From positions 88,403-152,402 of the IMG/VR virus record IMGVR_UViG_3300035698_019747: DNA of 64,000 nt. One strand, written 5' to 3'. The stretch's first letter is position 1. Every line of letters starts with the position of its first letter. The position numbers and the translations under genes are program-made. The notes beneath the pieces were generated by a model, which was not told the origin of the DNA, made no database searches, and was given only the letters and a program-made list of their open reading frames with translations. This stretch comes from a virus. Shown in pieces: positions 10,364-20,595 of the stretch.

Positions 10364-11032
10364 ATGCTCCCTGTATATAGTTATTAATTGATCAGTTAAT
10401 AACTGGGATAATTGATTTATATTATCTACATCTTTCTCAATCACCTCATCTAATATATAGTAATATATTTTGAAAATATCACCTACTTTCTTAATAGACA
10501 TCTTCACTATATGTAAGCCATTATTAATCGATATTTCAAAATCAAATTTAGTTTCTTCACATGGGAACATTTTAAACTTGGGGTTATATTCAACATTAGT
10601 AATAGTGAATTCGGTTATATCTCTTTTATTTAGGTAATCATTCATACTACTCGCAGGTGCTTCTGATATGAAATCTGATATATTTCTTAAATTTTTTCCA
10701 AACTTATCCTCAGTTATGATTGACTTTAGCTTATATTCCAGGTCTTCTACGCTTTCAAAATCTACCTTATTATAAATACAGTTTATATCCTTTAAATACC
10801 AAAAACTATCTTCTACTAACTTCTGTTTCTTAGTATCAGTTCTAAATATGAATTTAGTATGCACAATAGTAGTCACACTCTCATCTTCCATTTCTACGTT
10901 TAGACCATGTATAGAGAACACTAATTTATAAAATTTATCATCCTCTGATAACTCATAAACATGTTCGAATTGCCTAGCTTTCTTTTCTTCTAAAATATTG
11001 CGTAATATTGTATCTACATTTTTAACATTCAT
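10355..11032 (-). CDS. hypothetical late protein
   Basis: 225-aa ORF starting 4 nt after TTAATATATA. Confidence 0.7.
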   Translation of the reverse strand: MNVKNVDTILRNILEEKKARQFEHVYELSEDDKFYKLVFSIHGLNVEMEDESVTTIVHTKFIFRTDTKKQKLVEDSFWYLKDINCIYNKVDFESVEDLEYKLKSIITEDKFGKNLRNISDFISEAPASSMNDYLNKRDITEFTITNVEYNPKFKMFPCEETKFDFEISINNGLHIVKMSIKKVGDIFKIYYYILDEVIEKDVDNINQLSQLLTDQLITIYREHLS

Positions 11033-11079
11033 GTGTTATATATTAAAATAATATCGTATATTTGTTTAAATAAAATATT

Positions 11080-12015
11080 ATGACAACTGACTCAGAAATG
11101 CATAACATAATTGATGAAATTCTGGAATTATTAGATGCCCCTGAATTACTACACAAACATATAAATAAAAATAACATTTTAACATTTGATAGGTACTTAA
11201 ACACTAATGATGTAAATGAACTTGTTACTACTGACTATATACATCGAAAAACTAGATTAAATATTGAAACTACTTTGACTAATATTTCCACTAGTAATAT
11301 CAGTGATGTGATAAGTTTCATCAAGGATAATTTAGACACTTCATACATAACAGATAAAGGATATATCTCACATGATATGACGGATTTTATATTAAAATAT
11401 ATTTCAGATGAAAGGGTAGGTGAATTAATTGCTATACTAAACGAACATAAAAATATATTTGATTATAATAATTCAATAATATTTGATAATGTTACACACC
11501 ACAAAGATTTTAAAACCATTTTACATAATATACACAATTCAGTTAAGATAGAACAAATTCAATTAACTGCCGATATATCACATTTAAATGATAAAAACCA
11601 CATAGCGTTTTCTAATTGGATGTATATTATTAAGGAGTATAGTCATATTATTTCTCATTTTACAGGGTCTGGGAATGTTTTATCTAAAATATATGATAAT
11701 TTAGATAAAACATCTACTAAACTAAAAATGATAATGCTAACCAAAATGGTTAAGTGGACTAGTTATAATATAGAATATATAATATCTAAATTATCTTTAT
11801 TCGATGATCCTTCCCTTATGGAATTATTAAGTGATAAATTAAAAGTATATTTGAAGACTAAAGACATATCCTACAAAGAAGGTGAGTGTCTTAAAACTAA
11901 TTATACAAGTGATAGTGAATATATTAAAATATTAAACAACAATCTCAGCTATACAAAAAATATTAATATAAATTTATTAAATGAATTTAAATCATTTGAA
12001 GACTATGAAAAATAA
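11080..12015 (+). CDS. hypothetical protein
   Basis: 311-aa ORF after TATATTTG (11057-11064). Confidence 0.7.
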   Translation: MTTDSEMHNIIDEILELLDAPELLHKHINKNNILTFDRYLNTNDVNELVTTDYIHRKTRLNIETTLTNISTSNISDVISFIKDNLDTSYITDKGYISHDMTDFILKYISDERVGELIAILNEHKNIFDYNNSIIFDNVTHHKDFKTILHNIHNSVKIEQIQLTADISHLNDKNHIAFSNWMYIIKEYSHIISHFTGSGNVLSKIYDNLDKTSTKLKMIMLTKMVKWTSYNIEYIISKLSLFDDPSLMELLSDKLKVYLKTKDISYKEGECLKTNYTSDSEYIKILNNNLSYTKNININLLNEFKSFEDYEK

Positions 12016-12877
12016 AATATTAGAAGATTTTAAAAAGGGTTTATTAAAGCCTGTGAATAAATATTTACATAATCAATATTCTAGTGTTGTAAATATGGCA
12101 TTTATTGATCCAGATATTAACGTACATAAGTTAAGTACATTTATTGACTTTATATTAAATAACTCACATATTAACTCAGTAAAAAATCTATCTTTTAATA
12201 TCTATGATATTATAAGAGCTAATAACTTGGACAAATTAAAATTCGCAGAATCTATTAGAAAAATTGATTATGATAGTATTCTATTATTTCTTATTAGATC
12301 ACAACATCCAGTAACTAATTATTTATCTACTATTAAGTATGTCCAATCTAGGGTGAGTATATATGGAGTCAAAGTAGGTGATATTTTTTCTATTAAAAAT
12401 GAAGAAAATTTTACATATATTACAGAAAATAAGCAATTTTTTTCAATTGATTTTATAAAAAGCCGAAATCATTTTTCTGCACTTAGTATTAGCATAGATG
12501 ATATTAATAATACTCTCACAAAACATAAATTATTAGAAACTATGTTATTTACCCGTGAGTCCTTTATAGAATATTGTGCTATCAACTACATAATTAAAGG
12601 GGATGTACAGAATTTAATTAAAGTTATATGGCAACTAGATATGAATGTCGATAATATATTAAAAAATCCTGATATTTTTAAATTGACACAATCTAATAAA
12701 TCCATTAAATATTTACTTATGAAACACACCATATCTGATGTGAAACTCAATGATAAACTTCTGATAAAAGAATTATCACCTAGGAATTTTCTTAAAGATT
12801 ATATGACTATCGATAATAGTTCTGTGGGTAATACGATGGATATATTTGAATCATTTACAGAGTGGGACTCTAATTAG
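11981..12877 (+). CDS. hypothetical protein
   Basis: 298-aa ORF; probable start 12005. Confidence 0.7.
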   Translation: MNLNHLKTMKNKILEDFKKGLLKPVNKYLHNQYSSVVNMAFIDPDINVHKLSTFIDFILNNSHINSVKNLSFNIYDIIRANNLDKLKFAESIRKIDYDSILLFLIRSQHPVTNYLSTIKYVQSRVSIYGVKVGDIFSIKNEENFTYITENKQFFSIDFIKSRNHFSALSISIDDINNTLTKHKLLETMLFTRESFIEYCAINYIIKGDVQNLIKVIWQLDMNVDNILKNPDIFKLTQSNKSIKYLLMKHTISDVKLNDKLLIKELSPRNFLKDYMTIDNSSVGNTMDIFESFTEWDSN

Positions 12878-12961
12878 GGATATGTGAATAATTTTGATAT
12901 GCATATAATGTAAGTTTTTAATATTCTTATATTAATATATACTTTAAAATAAAGAGTATAG

Positions 12962-14113
12962 ATGTCAGATTGTAATCCAAATATTAACCGTTTTTTCGGT
13001 GCACTTCAAACCCATATAAAACCATATAATGGATCTTTTGTAGCAGTAGAAGGACCTAACATGACACATAAGATAACATCTATGCCCTATTTAAAATTCC
13101 CCTATCAACAAGTATTAACAGGGAGGGTAACATTAAGGGCAGGACAAACCAACTACTTATTAAACCATTTGGGTCTAGGTGATAATGCCACATTTTTAGC
13201 TATTACTGCACAATATGATAACTCTAGTAAATTTGAAGCTGATAACTATGTTCAATATAGTTACTACAGTGATAAAAATAGAATATATTCGTTCGCACAG
13301 ATGCTTGTATTAACTGGTAACTCAGAGAATAGAGTGGAACAATTATATATACATAACCCTAACCAGAATGTACCAGTTGTACTTGAGATAATGGTAGCGG
13401 TCATTGATGATTTTTATAACTTTTTTGAAGAAAATTCTGATTCTTCATCTGTTTCCAATTCAGTCACTTTTGAAAATATTTCCAATTCTGATGTGGATAT
13501 ATGGGATAATGATGATTCTATGATGATCGTTAAAAATAGTTCTGGTCAGGCAATGTTATATTTAAATTTACAAGATATTAATGCACTTAACAGAGATGGT
13601 AAGATTTTAACTATTGATGAAAAAAGTGTAGGTATAATACTACTTATATTTGTTAGTGAATTTGAAGCAACACAAGCTAAATCTAAAATAAACCAATGGA
13701 TTAACGATTATAGTAATGGAGTATCATCTACTCCAATAGACGATTATGAACCTATTATAACTTTTTCAAATAGTGTAGTAGATGATCAAGTAGCAGCCGC
13801 ATATGGGTCTACTTTAACTAGCTTAGATGGCGATGGTTCATTTGTATATAATAGTTCTATTAGCCTAAGTGATTATAACACAGAAATAACAAAGGTAAAT
13901 TTGAAGGATTTATTGATTTCTAAAGTAGAGGATTTCGAATCAAGCATAATAGTATTAAATGCCACCAATGCATTATTATTGAAAACAGAGGGTAACATAA
14001 GTGTCAATAATATCGTTAACCCAGGTGAGTATTATGTGTTCTTTGATATAACTGATGCAATCGGTAATAAGGTTAATTCTGGGATTAATGTTAAAATAAA
14101 TATTGTTGGGTAA
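12962..14113 (+). CDS. probable virion structural protein
   Basis: Beta-rich acidic ORF with PH-like and Ig-like segments; TTAATATATA at 12932-12941. Confidence 0.5.
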   Translation: MSDCNPNINRFFGALQTHIKPYNGSFVAVEGPNMTHKITSMPYLKFPYQQVLTGRVTLRAGQTNYLLNHLGLGDNATFLAITAQYDNSSKFEADNYVQYSYYSDKNRIYSFAQMLVLTGNSENRVEQLYIHNPNQNVPVVLEIMVAVIDDFYNFFEENSDSSSVSNSVTFENISNSDVDIWDNDDSMMIVKNSSGQAMLYLNLQDINALNRDGKILTIDEKSVGIILLIFVSEFEATQAKSKINQWINDYSNGVSSTPIDDYEPIITFSNSVVDDQVAAAYGSTLTSLDGDGSFVYNSSISLSDYNTEITKVNLKDLLISKVEDFESSIIVLNATNALLLKTEGNISVNNIVNPGEYYVFFDITDAIGNKVNSGINVKINIVG

Positions 14114-14150
14114 CGGTTTAAACTTTTTTATTTATAACCTATATAATAGT

Positions 14151-15173
14151 ATGAAAAAAGCTTTAATATTTGGTATCACAGGACAAGATGGTTCTTATTT
14201 ATCTGAACTACTCTTACAAAAGGGATATGAAGTACATGGGGTTAAAAGACGGAGTTCTTCTTTTAATACTGAAAGGATCAATCACTTATATAATGACACG
14301 CACAATGAAACTGATTTTTATTTACATTATGGTGACTTAGCTGATACATCTAGTATTATAAATATATTACGGAAAGTGTCACCCGATGAAGTTTATAACC
14401 TAGCAGCTCAAAGCCATGTCAAAGTTTCGTTTGAAATACCTGAATATACTTCTGATATAGATGCAATAGGAACACTTAGAATATTAGAAGCAATAAGGTC
14501 ATTAGACCTTAACACACGCTTCTATCAAGCATCTAGCAGTGAAATGTACGGAGATGTATTAGAAAGTCCACAAACAGAGAAAACAGGGTTTAATCCACAA
14601 TCACCATATGCAGTGGCTAAGGTATATGCCCATTTTATTACTAAGAATTATAGAGAGAGTTATAAAATGTTTGCTTGCTCAGGTATACTATTTAATCACG
14701 AGTCACCCAGAAGAGGTGAAACGTTTGTTACAAGGAAAATAACTATGGCTGTTGCTAATATTTATACTGGCAGACAAGAGTGTTTATATTTAGGTAATTT
14801 GGATGCACATAGGGATTGGGGACATTCCAAAGATTATGTTAAAGCAATGTGGATGATGTTACAACAAGAAAATCCAGAAGATTATGTTATTTCTACGAAT
14901 GAAACACATAGTGTAAGACAGTTTTGTGAAATGGCATTTAATGAATTAGATATCAATATATCATGGGAAGGTGAAGGATTAGATGAGGTAGGGAAAGATG
15001 AAGATGATAATATCATAATTAGAATAGATCCTAACTATTTTAGACCTTCTGAGGTAGTGTACTTATTAGGGGATTCTAGTAAGGCAAGGGATAAATTGGG
15101 ATGGTTTCCTGAAATTAGCTTCAAAGAACTCGTTAAAGATATGGTACGTTTTGATTTAACAAATAATAATTAA
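14151..15173 (+). CDS. gmd: GDP-mannose 4,6-dehydratase
   Basis: [60 protein letters not shown]; start moved to ATG 14151. Confidence 0.97.
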   Translation: MKKALIFGITGQDGSYLSELLLQKGYEVHGVKRRSSSFNTERINHLYNDTHNETDFYLHYGDLADTSSIINILRKVSPDEVYNLAAQSHVKVSFEIPEYTSDIDAIGTLRILEAIRSLDLNTRFYQASSSEMYGDVLESPQTEKTGFNPQSPYAVAKVYAHFITKNYRESYKMFACSGILFNHESPRRGETFVTRKITMAVANIYTGRQECLYLGNLDAHRDWGHSKDYVKAMWMMLQQENPEDYVISTNETHSVRQFCEMAFNELDINISWEGEGLDEVGKDEDDNIIIRIDPNYFRPSEVVYLLGDSSKARDKLGWFPEISFKELVKDMVRFDLTNNN

Positions 15174-15183
15174 AATAAATATT

Positions 15184-15429
15184 ATGAAAAAGTTATTTTT
15201 AATATTACTTAATAAATATACAGATACTAAAAGTGGGCGCATGGAAATACTTAAAATAGTTGATAAAGGGGTATATCGTGAATACTATGAACAAACCAAC
15301 TTTGGTAATCTATATAATGCATATATAGAGTTTTTAATGGCTAATGACCTTATTAAACGTATCACTAAAAATAAAGATTATAGAGAAATAGATATGATTA
15401 GAAAAGGTATGCATAAGGCATTTGATTAA
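15184..15429 (+). CDS. hypothetical protein
   Basis: 81-aa ORF. Confidence 0.5.
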   Translation: MKKLFLILLNKYTDTKSGRMEILKIVDKGVYREYYEQTNFGNLYNAYIEFLMANDLIKRITKNKDYREIDMIRKGMHKAFD

Positions 15430-15519
15430 ACTATAAGATTTTTAGAAAAACCCAACTAAGTTCTAAATATTATCCCTATATTTGTACTCTAATCTAACAA
15501 CAGCTAAATATTACATATT

Positions 15520-15708
15520 ATGAGACCGATGAGCGATGAACCAGAAAATATGACAAGAGTTCTTTTACTTGGTAAAAATGGTATAACATTATCATTTCAT
15601 TTTTATAAGGATGGTATGTTTCAGGAAGATAATAGTTCTAATTGGAATTTACCCAGTGAGTTTAAATCTTGGGTGTCTATTAAGGAGTTAAAAAGTATAA
15701 TTTTATAA
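15520..15708 (+). CDS. hypothetical protein
   Basis: 62-aa ORF after TATATTTG (15477-15484). Confidence 0.55.
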   Translation: MRPMSDEPENMTRVLLLGKNGITLSFHFYKDGMFQEDNSSNWNLPSEFKSWVSIKELKSIIL

Positions 15709-15738
15709 TAAATAAATTACCTAAGTAATTCAATTTAT

Positions 15739-16161
15739 ATGAAAGTTGACCAAACTATAGTTGTACTAAACGACCATATTTGGTATGATAATGGGAATGC
15801 TAAAACTGTTTGTGTTTCTTCTTGCCTAATGTATTTTGGCATTAGACCAAATAAGTATCATTATACTGGAACTACTAAAAATAGATTTGCATATAAGCAA
15901 ATACTTAGACGACTTGGATATAACGTTCGTTCTCGTAAAAGTGAGTTTAAAATAGGTAAATTTTCGAAAGATATGCCTACTATGACTGAACTAAAATCAA
16001 GGCTACGTAAGTCTAATTATACTGATAATGATAAGTTTTTAGTATGTGGTTTTCAGAAAGGAAGTGCACACCTTATGGTACTAGATGGTAAAGGGGATAT
16101 AATAGTAGATACTGCTCCCCAAAAGAAGTGGAGAATTGAGGATATTTGTTTAGTTTATTAA
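15739..16161 (+). CDS. hypothetical protein, possible papain-like (Cys-His-Asp) fold
   Basis: TVCVSSCL...AHLMVLDG...IVDT spacing. Confidence 0.4.
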   Translation: MKVDQTIVVLNDHIWYDNGNAKTVCVSSCLMYFGIRPNKYHYTGTTKNRFAYKQILRRLGYNVRSRKSEFKIGKFSKDMPTMTELKSRLRKSNYTDNDKFLVCGFQKGSAHLMVLDGKGDIIVDTAPQKKWRIEDICLVY

Positions 16162-16227
16162 TTAATTAACTAAACTTTATCCAAAAATATTAATATAAGA
16201 GAGAGAGAAATTTTATATATATACGTT

Positions 16228-16296
16228 ATGAGAAAAATGATTTTAAATACTACATTATTAAGCATCAGCATTATTTTATTATTAATGGTGTATTGA
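16228..16296 (+). CDS. attenuator leader peptide (Leu/Ile-rich, 22 aa: MRKMILNTTLLSISIILLLMVY)
   Basis: 6 TTA Leu and 4 ATT/ATC Ile codons; directly upstream of a terminator and the tRNA-Leu(TAA)/tRNA-Ile(GAT) pair. Confidence 0.85.
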   Translation: MRKMILNTTLLSISIILLLMVY

Positions 16297-16321
16297 GTCA
16301 GTATTGAAAAATTTTTCAACG

Positions 16322-16354
16322 CCCGACTCTTAATAAGTGTCGGGTTTATTTTTT
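16322..16354 (+). terminator. attenuator terminator upstream of tRNA-Leu/tRNA-Ile
   Basis: CCCGAC-N11-GTCGGG followed by TTTATTTTTT; the 5' arm can instead pair with TATTGAGTC (16291-16299). Confidence 0.85.
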
Positions 16355-16360
16355 ATATAT

Positions 16361-16446
16361 GGTTGAGTGGTGGAATTGGTAGACACGAGGGGTTTAAAAC
16401 CCCTTGGTCAGAAATGATCGTGCGGGTTCGAGTCCCGCCTCGACTA
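16361..16446 (+). tRNA. tRNA-Leu(TAA)
   Basis: Acceptor GGTTGAG/CTCGACT, anticodon arm AGGGG-TTTAAAA-CCCCT, long variable arm, GTTCGAGTC T loop; CCA not encoded. Confidence 0.95.
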
Positions 16447-16464
16447 CTAAAAATCACATATTTT

Positions 16465-16538
16465 AGTCTAGTAGCTCAGTTGGTTAGAGCGTTTCCCTGA
16501 TAAGGAAAAGGTCGCAGGTTCAAGTCCTACCTAGACTA
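16465..16538 (+). tRNA. tRNA-Ile(GAT)
   Basis: AGTCTAG/CTAGACT, GCTC/GAGC D stem, TTTCC-CTGATAA-GGAAA; CCA not encoded. Confidence 0.95.
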
Positions 16539-16557
16539 CTAATTAAATATAATTATT

Positions 16558-16932
16558 ATGACAAGTAGAGATTTTTGCTTTTGGTTACAAGGTATATTAG
16601 AAGTTACCGAGTTAGATAAATTTAATGAAAGACAAACACATATCATTAAAACCCATCTGTCTCTTGTATTTAAACACGAGATTAATACTGATTTATCAAT
16701 GATTAAACATTTTATGGCTAGGGATTTTTGTTTCTGGTTAGATGGGGTATTTAGTGGAACTGAGTTTCTATGTTTAAATAAACCCCAAATGGTGATGATT
16801 TCTGCTAAATTATCACCAGTATTTAAACATGATATTGATCCTAGTATGGGTGATATTGAACACCAGGAAGGACTAAATAATATACATAGCTGGGATAGTG
16901 ACCCCAATTCTGATGTTAATATGAGATGTTAA
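16558..16932 (+). CDS. hypothetical protein with internal duplication
   Basis: Two copies of M..RDFCFWL.G...TE....N..Q...I...LS.VFKH.I. Confidence 0.75.
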   Translation: MTSRDFCFWLQGILEVTELDKFNERQTHIIKTHLSLVFKHEINTDLSMIKHFMARDFCFWLDGVFSGTEFLCLNKPQMVMISAKLSPVFKHDIDPSMGDIEHQEGLNNIHSWDSDPNSDVNMRC

Positions 16933-16975
16933 TTCTACAAAGTAGTATATTTATTTTAAGATAAAACCTTCAATT

Positions 16976-17209
16976 ATGATGAAATATAATGAATTACCCA
17001 AAGAAATATTATCCCCTATATCTGGTGATAAAATGAGGTTAATGGACAAGTACTACCCAAATGAATGTTTTATGTCAATAGTTAATAACTATCAAGATTC
17101 TGCTGAGTTATATGAGAATTCCGCAGCAATGTATTTATCAGAAAATGGAGAAACGATATATGTCCCATTTGATAGTGGTGACATTCCCACTAATGAGAGT
17201 CCAAATTAG
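16976..17209 (+). CDS. hypothetical protein
   Basis: 77-aa ORF. Confidence 0.55.
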   Translation: MMKYNELPKEILSPISGDKMRLMDKYYPNECFMSIVNNYQDSAELYENSAAMYLSENGETIYVPFDSGDIPTNESPN

Positions 17210-17341
17210 ATAATGATAAAAGAAATAAAGGGACTTGTATTAGGTTTTTTTATCAAATTATATCGTATTAACCTTCATATAGTTTTGTAATATATATATA
17301 AATAGTTGTATATTTGCTGATATAATAACTAAAACCACATT

Positions 17342-17515
17342 ATGATGACAGCAAAATATTATAGCAAACCCGAAAACGTATTATTTTATGACCCGATTAC
17401 AAGATTGTTAGCAAGGATATTTGGGGCTAAACACTTTGTAATTAAATGTAGGGTTTGTGGAAAGATACCCACTGAAATATACGGAGATACTTGTTTAAGC
17501 CACAAAACTAAATGA
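17342..17515 (+). CDS. small Zn-finger-like protein (not in ORF track)
   Basis: MMTAKYY...CRVCG...TCLSH; follows TATATTTG at 17309-17316. Confidence 0.5.
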   Translation: MMTAKYYSKPENVLFYDPITRLLARIFGAKHFVIKCRVCGKIPTEIYGDTCLSHKTK

Positions 17516-17688
17516 GTGTATGTTTTAACATTAACATATAAGATGGATGTGAATGGTACTGTTATCGTGTCTACTGGTTGTTCTATAATGGAGTCAAGTT
17601 ACAAAAACTTAGAAATTATGAATACATATAGTAAAAACCAAAAAGCAATGTGATAAATAAACTTTTTTTTTTATTTTAATATAACAAT

Positions 17689-17958
17689 ATGGAAAACGAT
17701 TATTATATTAAACAAAAACATCTAGATAAACTAAAACATTGCTTAAAACTTATAAGTTATAGTGGTGATAGTTTAAAAGAATTATGTGCGGAGGAAAGGT
17801 CAGATATTGTTTATGGATTTGAAATAGGTAATGTAACATCTATGTTGAATAATTGTAAAATTATGATTATGAGTTTAGAAGAAGATATATCATTATATTT
17901 GAAGCATGTAGATAATGATAGTAATAAAACTAAGTACAATACTTCTGGTGATGATTAA
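17689..17958 (+). CDS. hypothetical protein
   Basis: 89-aa ORF after TAAAC-N16-ATATA. Confidence 0.6.
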   Translation: MENDYYIKQKHLDKLKHCLKLISYSGDSLKELCAEERSDIVYGFEIGNVTSMLNNCKIMIMSLEEDISLYLKHVDNDSNKTKYNTSGDD

Positions 17959-18007
17959 TATATGAAAAAATTTTTATATATTTGTAGTCTAACTTAATAA
18001 AACAAAA

Positions 18008-18205
18008 ATGAGTAATTTTTTAGATATAGATAACCTTCCAGATGACTTCAGTGGTGTTGTAATAGTTGATTATTCACCAGTAAGTGAAAGGATGTGGGAT
18101 AAAGGAGAACAAGCACTTGTCAGAGATGGTCAAATAAGACTAAGTGGGTGTTGGTTTAATTTTGATAATAGATATAAAGTTATTTCCAATAATTGGGTAC
18201 AGTGA
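18008..18205 (+). CDS. hypothetical protein
   Basis: 65-aa ORF after TATATTTG (17977-17984). Confidence 0.6.
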   Translation: MSNFLDIDNLPDDFSGVVIVDYSPVSERMWDKGEQALVRDGQIRLSGCWFNFDNRYKVISNNWVQ

Positions 18206-18228
18206 ACTAGATGTTATAGTAATTTATT

Positions 18229-18597
18229 ATGGATAAGGAAAGTATATTTGAATTACAAAAAATAGATTGTAATTGCAATGATTGTATATTTATGATACGT
18301 GATTTAGAAAAGTATAAAGCTTCTGTCAAATTTCATCACGCTATACAATTGGAATATTTTAACAGTGTTAAATCAAAGTTGATTAAAAGAGCTAACTGGT
18401 GGCGAGTTAAGAAGAATGATTTAGAAAATTTTAATGATATTATGACTGAGGCAGACTCAATGGTTTTTCAATTTGATAAAAATGTAGTGTCTATTAATTA
18501 TGGTGACTGTAGTAAGTTAAATAAGAAAGTTTCTTTTATACCTAATACAATACAATTAGAAACACAAGATTGCTTTAAGCATAGAAGAGAATTATAA
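18229..18597 (+). CDS. Cys-rich hypothetical protein
   Basis: DCNCNDC...GDC...CFKHR. Confidence 0.65.
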   Translation: MDKESIFELQKIDCNCNDCIFMIRDLEKYKASVKFHHAIQLEYFNSVKSKLIKRANWWRVKKNDLENFNDIMTEADSMVFQFDKNVVSINYGDCSKLNKKVSFIPNTIQLETQDCFKHRREL

Positions 18598-18601
18598 ATA
18601 C

Positions 18602-18679
18602 GGTGGGAGATTAGGCTATGTGGTAAGTAGCACAAGCCTTCTAAAAGCTTGGACAGGGGTTCGACTCCCCCTCTCACCA
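18602..18679 (+). tRNA. aberrant tRNA-like gene (Arg-TCT with 9-nt loop, or CTA suppressor-like)
   Basis: GGTGGGAG/CTCTCACC acceptor, GCTA/TAGC D stem, CAAGC-CTTCTAAAA-GCTTG, GGGG-TTCGACT-CCCC. Confidence 0.6.
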
Positions 18680-18815
18680 CTTATTTTTATATTTATATAA
18701 ACAAAAATACTTAAAATGATATAATGTTAAGTACCCGACTTTGGCGGTCTGGATAAGGGGACTTAAATTTTACCTTTTGAACTATCAGGATTAACAATTA
18801 AAATTAAAAATTATT

Positions 18816-19520
18816 ATGAAAGATGATTTAGGTAAAAGAATGAAAGAAAACTATGAAATAAGAACTCGTAGTTTTCTACCAAGAAGAACAAATGTCATTA
18901 TCCGTTTAGATGGTAAGGCATTTCACACTTATACAAAAGGATTGGATAAACCCTTTGACTATAAGTTAATGGATGATATGATGGAAACAACTAAATTTTT
19001 ATGTGAAAACATACAAGGTTGTAAAATTGGATACACCCAAAGCGATGAAATATCTTTACTCTTAACAGATTATGATAACATCAAAACTTCATCTTGGTAT
19101 GATGGTCAAGTTCAGAAAATCACAAGCGTGTCAGCTAGTTTAGCTACCGCTAAATTTAACCAACTTAGACCAGAGAAATTAGCATTTTTCGATAGCAGAG
19201 TTTTCGTAATTCCTGATAAAGAAGAAGTCGTGAATTATTTTATTTGGAGACAACAAGATGCAACAAGAAATTCACTTTCTATGGCATCTCAGAGTGTTTA
19301 TTCCGATAAACAGTTGTTCAAAAAGAATTCTTCTGATAAACAAGAAATGCTAATGGAAAAGGGTATTAACTGGAATGATTATCCAGTGAGTGCTAAAAGA
19401 GGTAGTAGCGTGATTAGAAAAACTTTTGATTACGAAGAAACCACAAGGAGTAAATGGGACTATACTGACATTCCTATCATAACCAAAGATAGGGATTTTA
19501 TACTCGATTTACTGCCTTAA
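18816..19520 (+). CDS. tRNA(His) guanylyltransferase Thg1-like protein
   Basis: IIRLDGKAFH, YTQSDEISL, FDSR, YFIWRQQDATRNS, KGINWN. Confidence 0.95.
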   Translation: MKDDLGKRMKENYEIRTRSFLPRRTNVIIRLDGKAFHTYTKGLDKPFDYKLMDDMMETTKFLCENIQGCKIGYTQSDEISLLLTDYDNIKTSSWYDGQVQKITSVSASLATAKFNQLRPEKLAFFDSRVFVIPDKEEVVNYFIWRQQDATRNSLSMASQSVYSDKQLFKKNSSDKQEMLMEKGINWNDYPVSAKRGSSVIRKTFDYEETTRSKWDYTDIPIITKDRDFILDLLP

Positions 19521-19523
19521 TTA

Positions 19524-19556
19524 AAAAGAGGACTAAATATATTTTAGTCCTCTTTT
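19524..19556. terminator. bidirectional intrinsic terminator
   Basis: AAAAGAGGACTAAA...TTTAGTCCTCTTTT between convergent genes. Confidence 0.85.
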
Positions 19557-19559
19557 GTT

Positions 19560-20205
19560 TTACTTCTTTTCTTTTTTATCAAATTCTCTTTCTATATAAA
19601 GATAAAGATATTTCAAATAACGTTTTTTTGTTTTATCATTTATATTTTTTTCAATATGCAACCATAAAGGATGTTCTTTTATACCTTTTATCGCCTCTTT
19701 TATATTTTTTGGTTTTCCACTCATTGCTATATCAGACAAACTCTGTGCAAATGCCATTATTTCATCTTTATTTGAGAAATATGCTTTCATATCATTTACA
19801 TCACCTAAGAACTCACCGTGTGTTTTAACTGTCTTATTCTTCATTTGTCCATGATGTACAAACTCATGTTTTAAAATATGCAGAAACAGAATTATATCAG
19901 AGATTATAATTTTGCTTCTTACCAATAACCATTCTTATGTTATTCGTCTTAGGGTTAGTTAATCCAAATATAGGATTTATTAGGATAGAATTTGCTTCCT
20001 TTCGTTTTTTATCACTATCTAAATCTGATAAAAATTCCTTTTGGTCAACTATTTCTACATTATATTTATCACATACTTCCTTTAATTCTAAAAAGCTTAT
20101 ATTTGGAACACCTTTTATTTTGGAGTGAAGCTCATTAGATAATGCTTTATAATCTCCTGTTTCCCATTCAACGATAGATTCGGTATATTTAACTAAATAT
20201 TTCAT
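19560..20205 (-). pseudogene. frameshifted HExxH (zincin-like) protein, split into ORFs 19897-20205 and 19560-19925
   Basis: Upstream part begins MKYLVKYTES; overlapping downstream frame has only a TTG start and carries LKHEFVH...EIMAFA. Confidence 0.55.
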
Positions 20206-20250
20206 ATATAACTTACATTTTTAATATATATTAAAAAAAACTCAACAATT

Positions 20251-20433
20251 ATGATACCAATAACAATACCATATGAATTATTAATTATAGTAATATTAAC
20301 AATGATGATTCTAGCAGCAGGAGTTGAGGATGTTGCGTGGAAGGCATTCTTTTTTTTTCTTTTCATATTATCATTTGTGTTCTTAATCACAAAAATATCT
20401 GGATTGAACTTAATTATATGGGGAGCATTTTAG
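20251..20433 (+). CDS. small membrane protein
   Basis: Two hydrophobic helices. Confidence 0.45.
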   Translation: MIPITIPYELLIIVILTMMILAAGVEDVAWKAFFFFLFILSFVFLITKISGLNLIIWGAF

Positions 20434-20595
20434 AAATTTTATGTTGATATATACAAGTATCAAAAATTAGACAACTTCGCCTACTGACTCTACATCAAAG
20501 TGTGGGTCTACACACCTATTTAAATTAGTATTTAACAAGGTTTGTCTTAAACTCACACCCCCCCACTATTTAAATATTCTAATGTTTTATTATTG

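Noticed and set aside
18602-18679. tmRNA 3' end
   Set aside because: The acceptor pairs locally within 78 nt, has no G3-U70 pair, and there is no tag-reading region.
20470-20580. GC-richer intergenic stretch as an ncRNA
   Set aside because: No convincing fold or promoter; looks like a decayed coding fragment.
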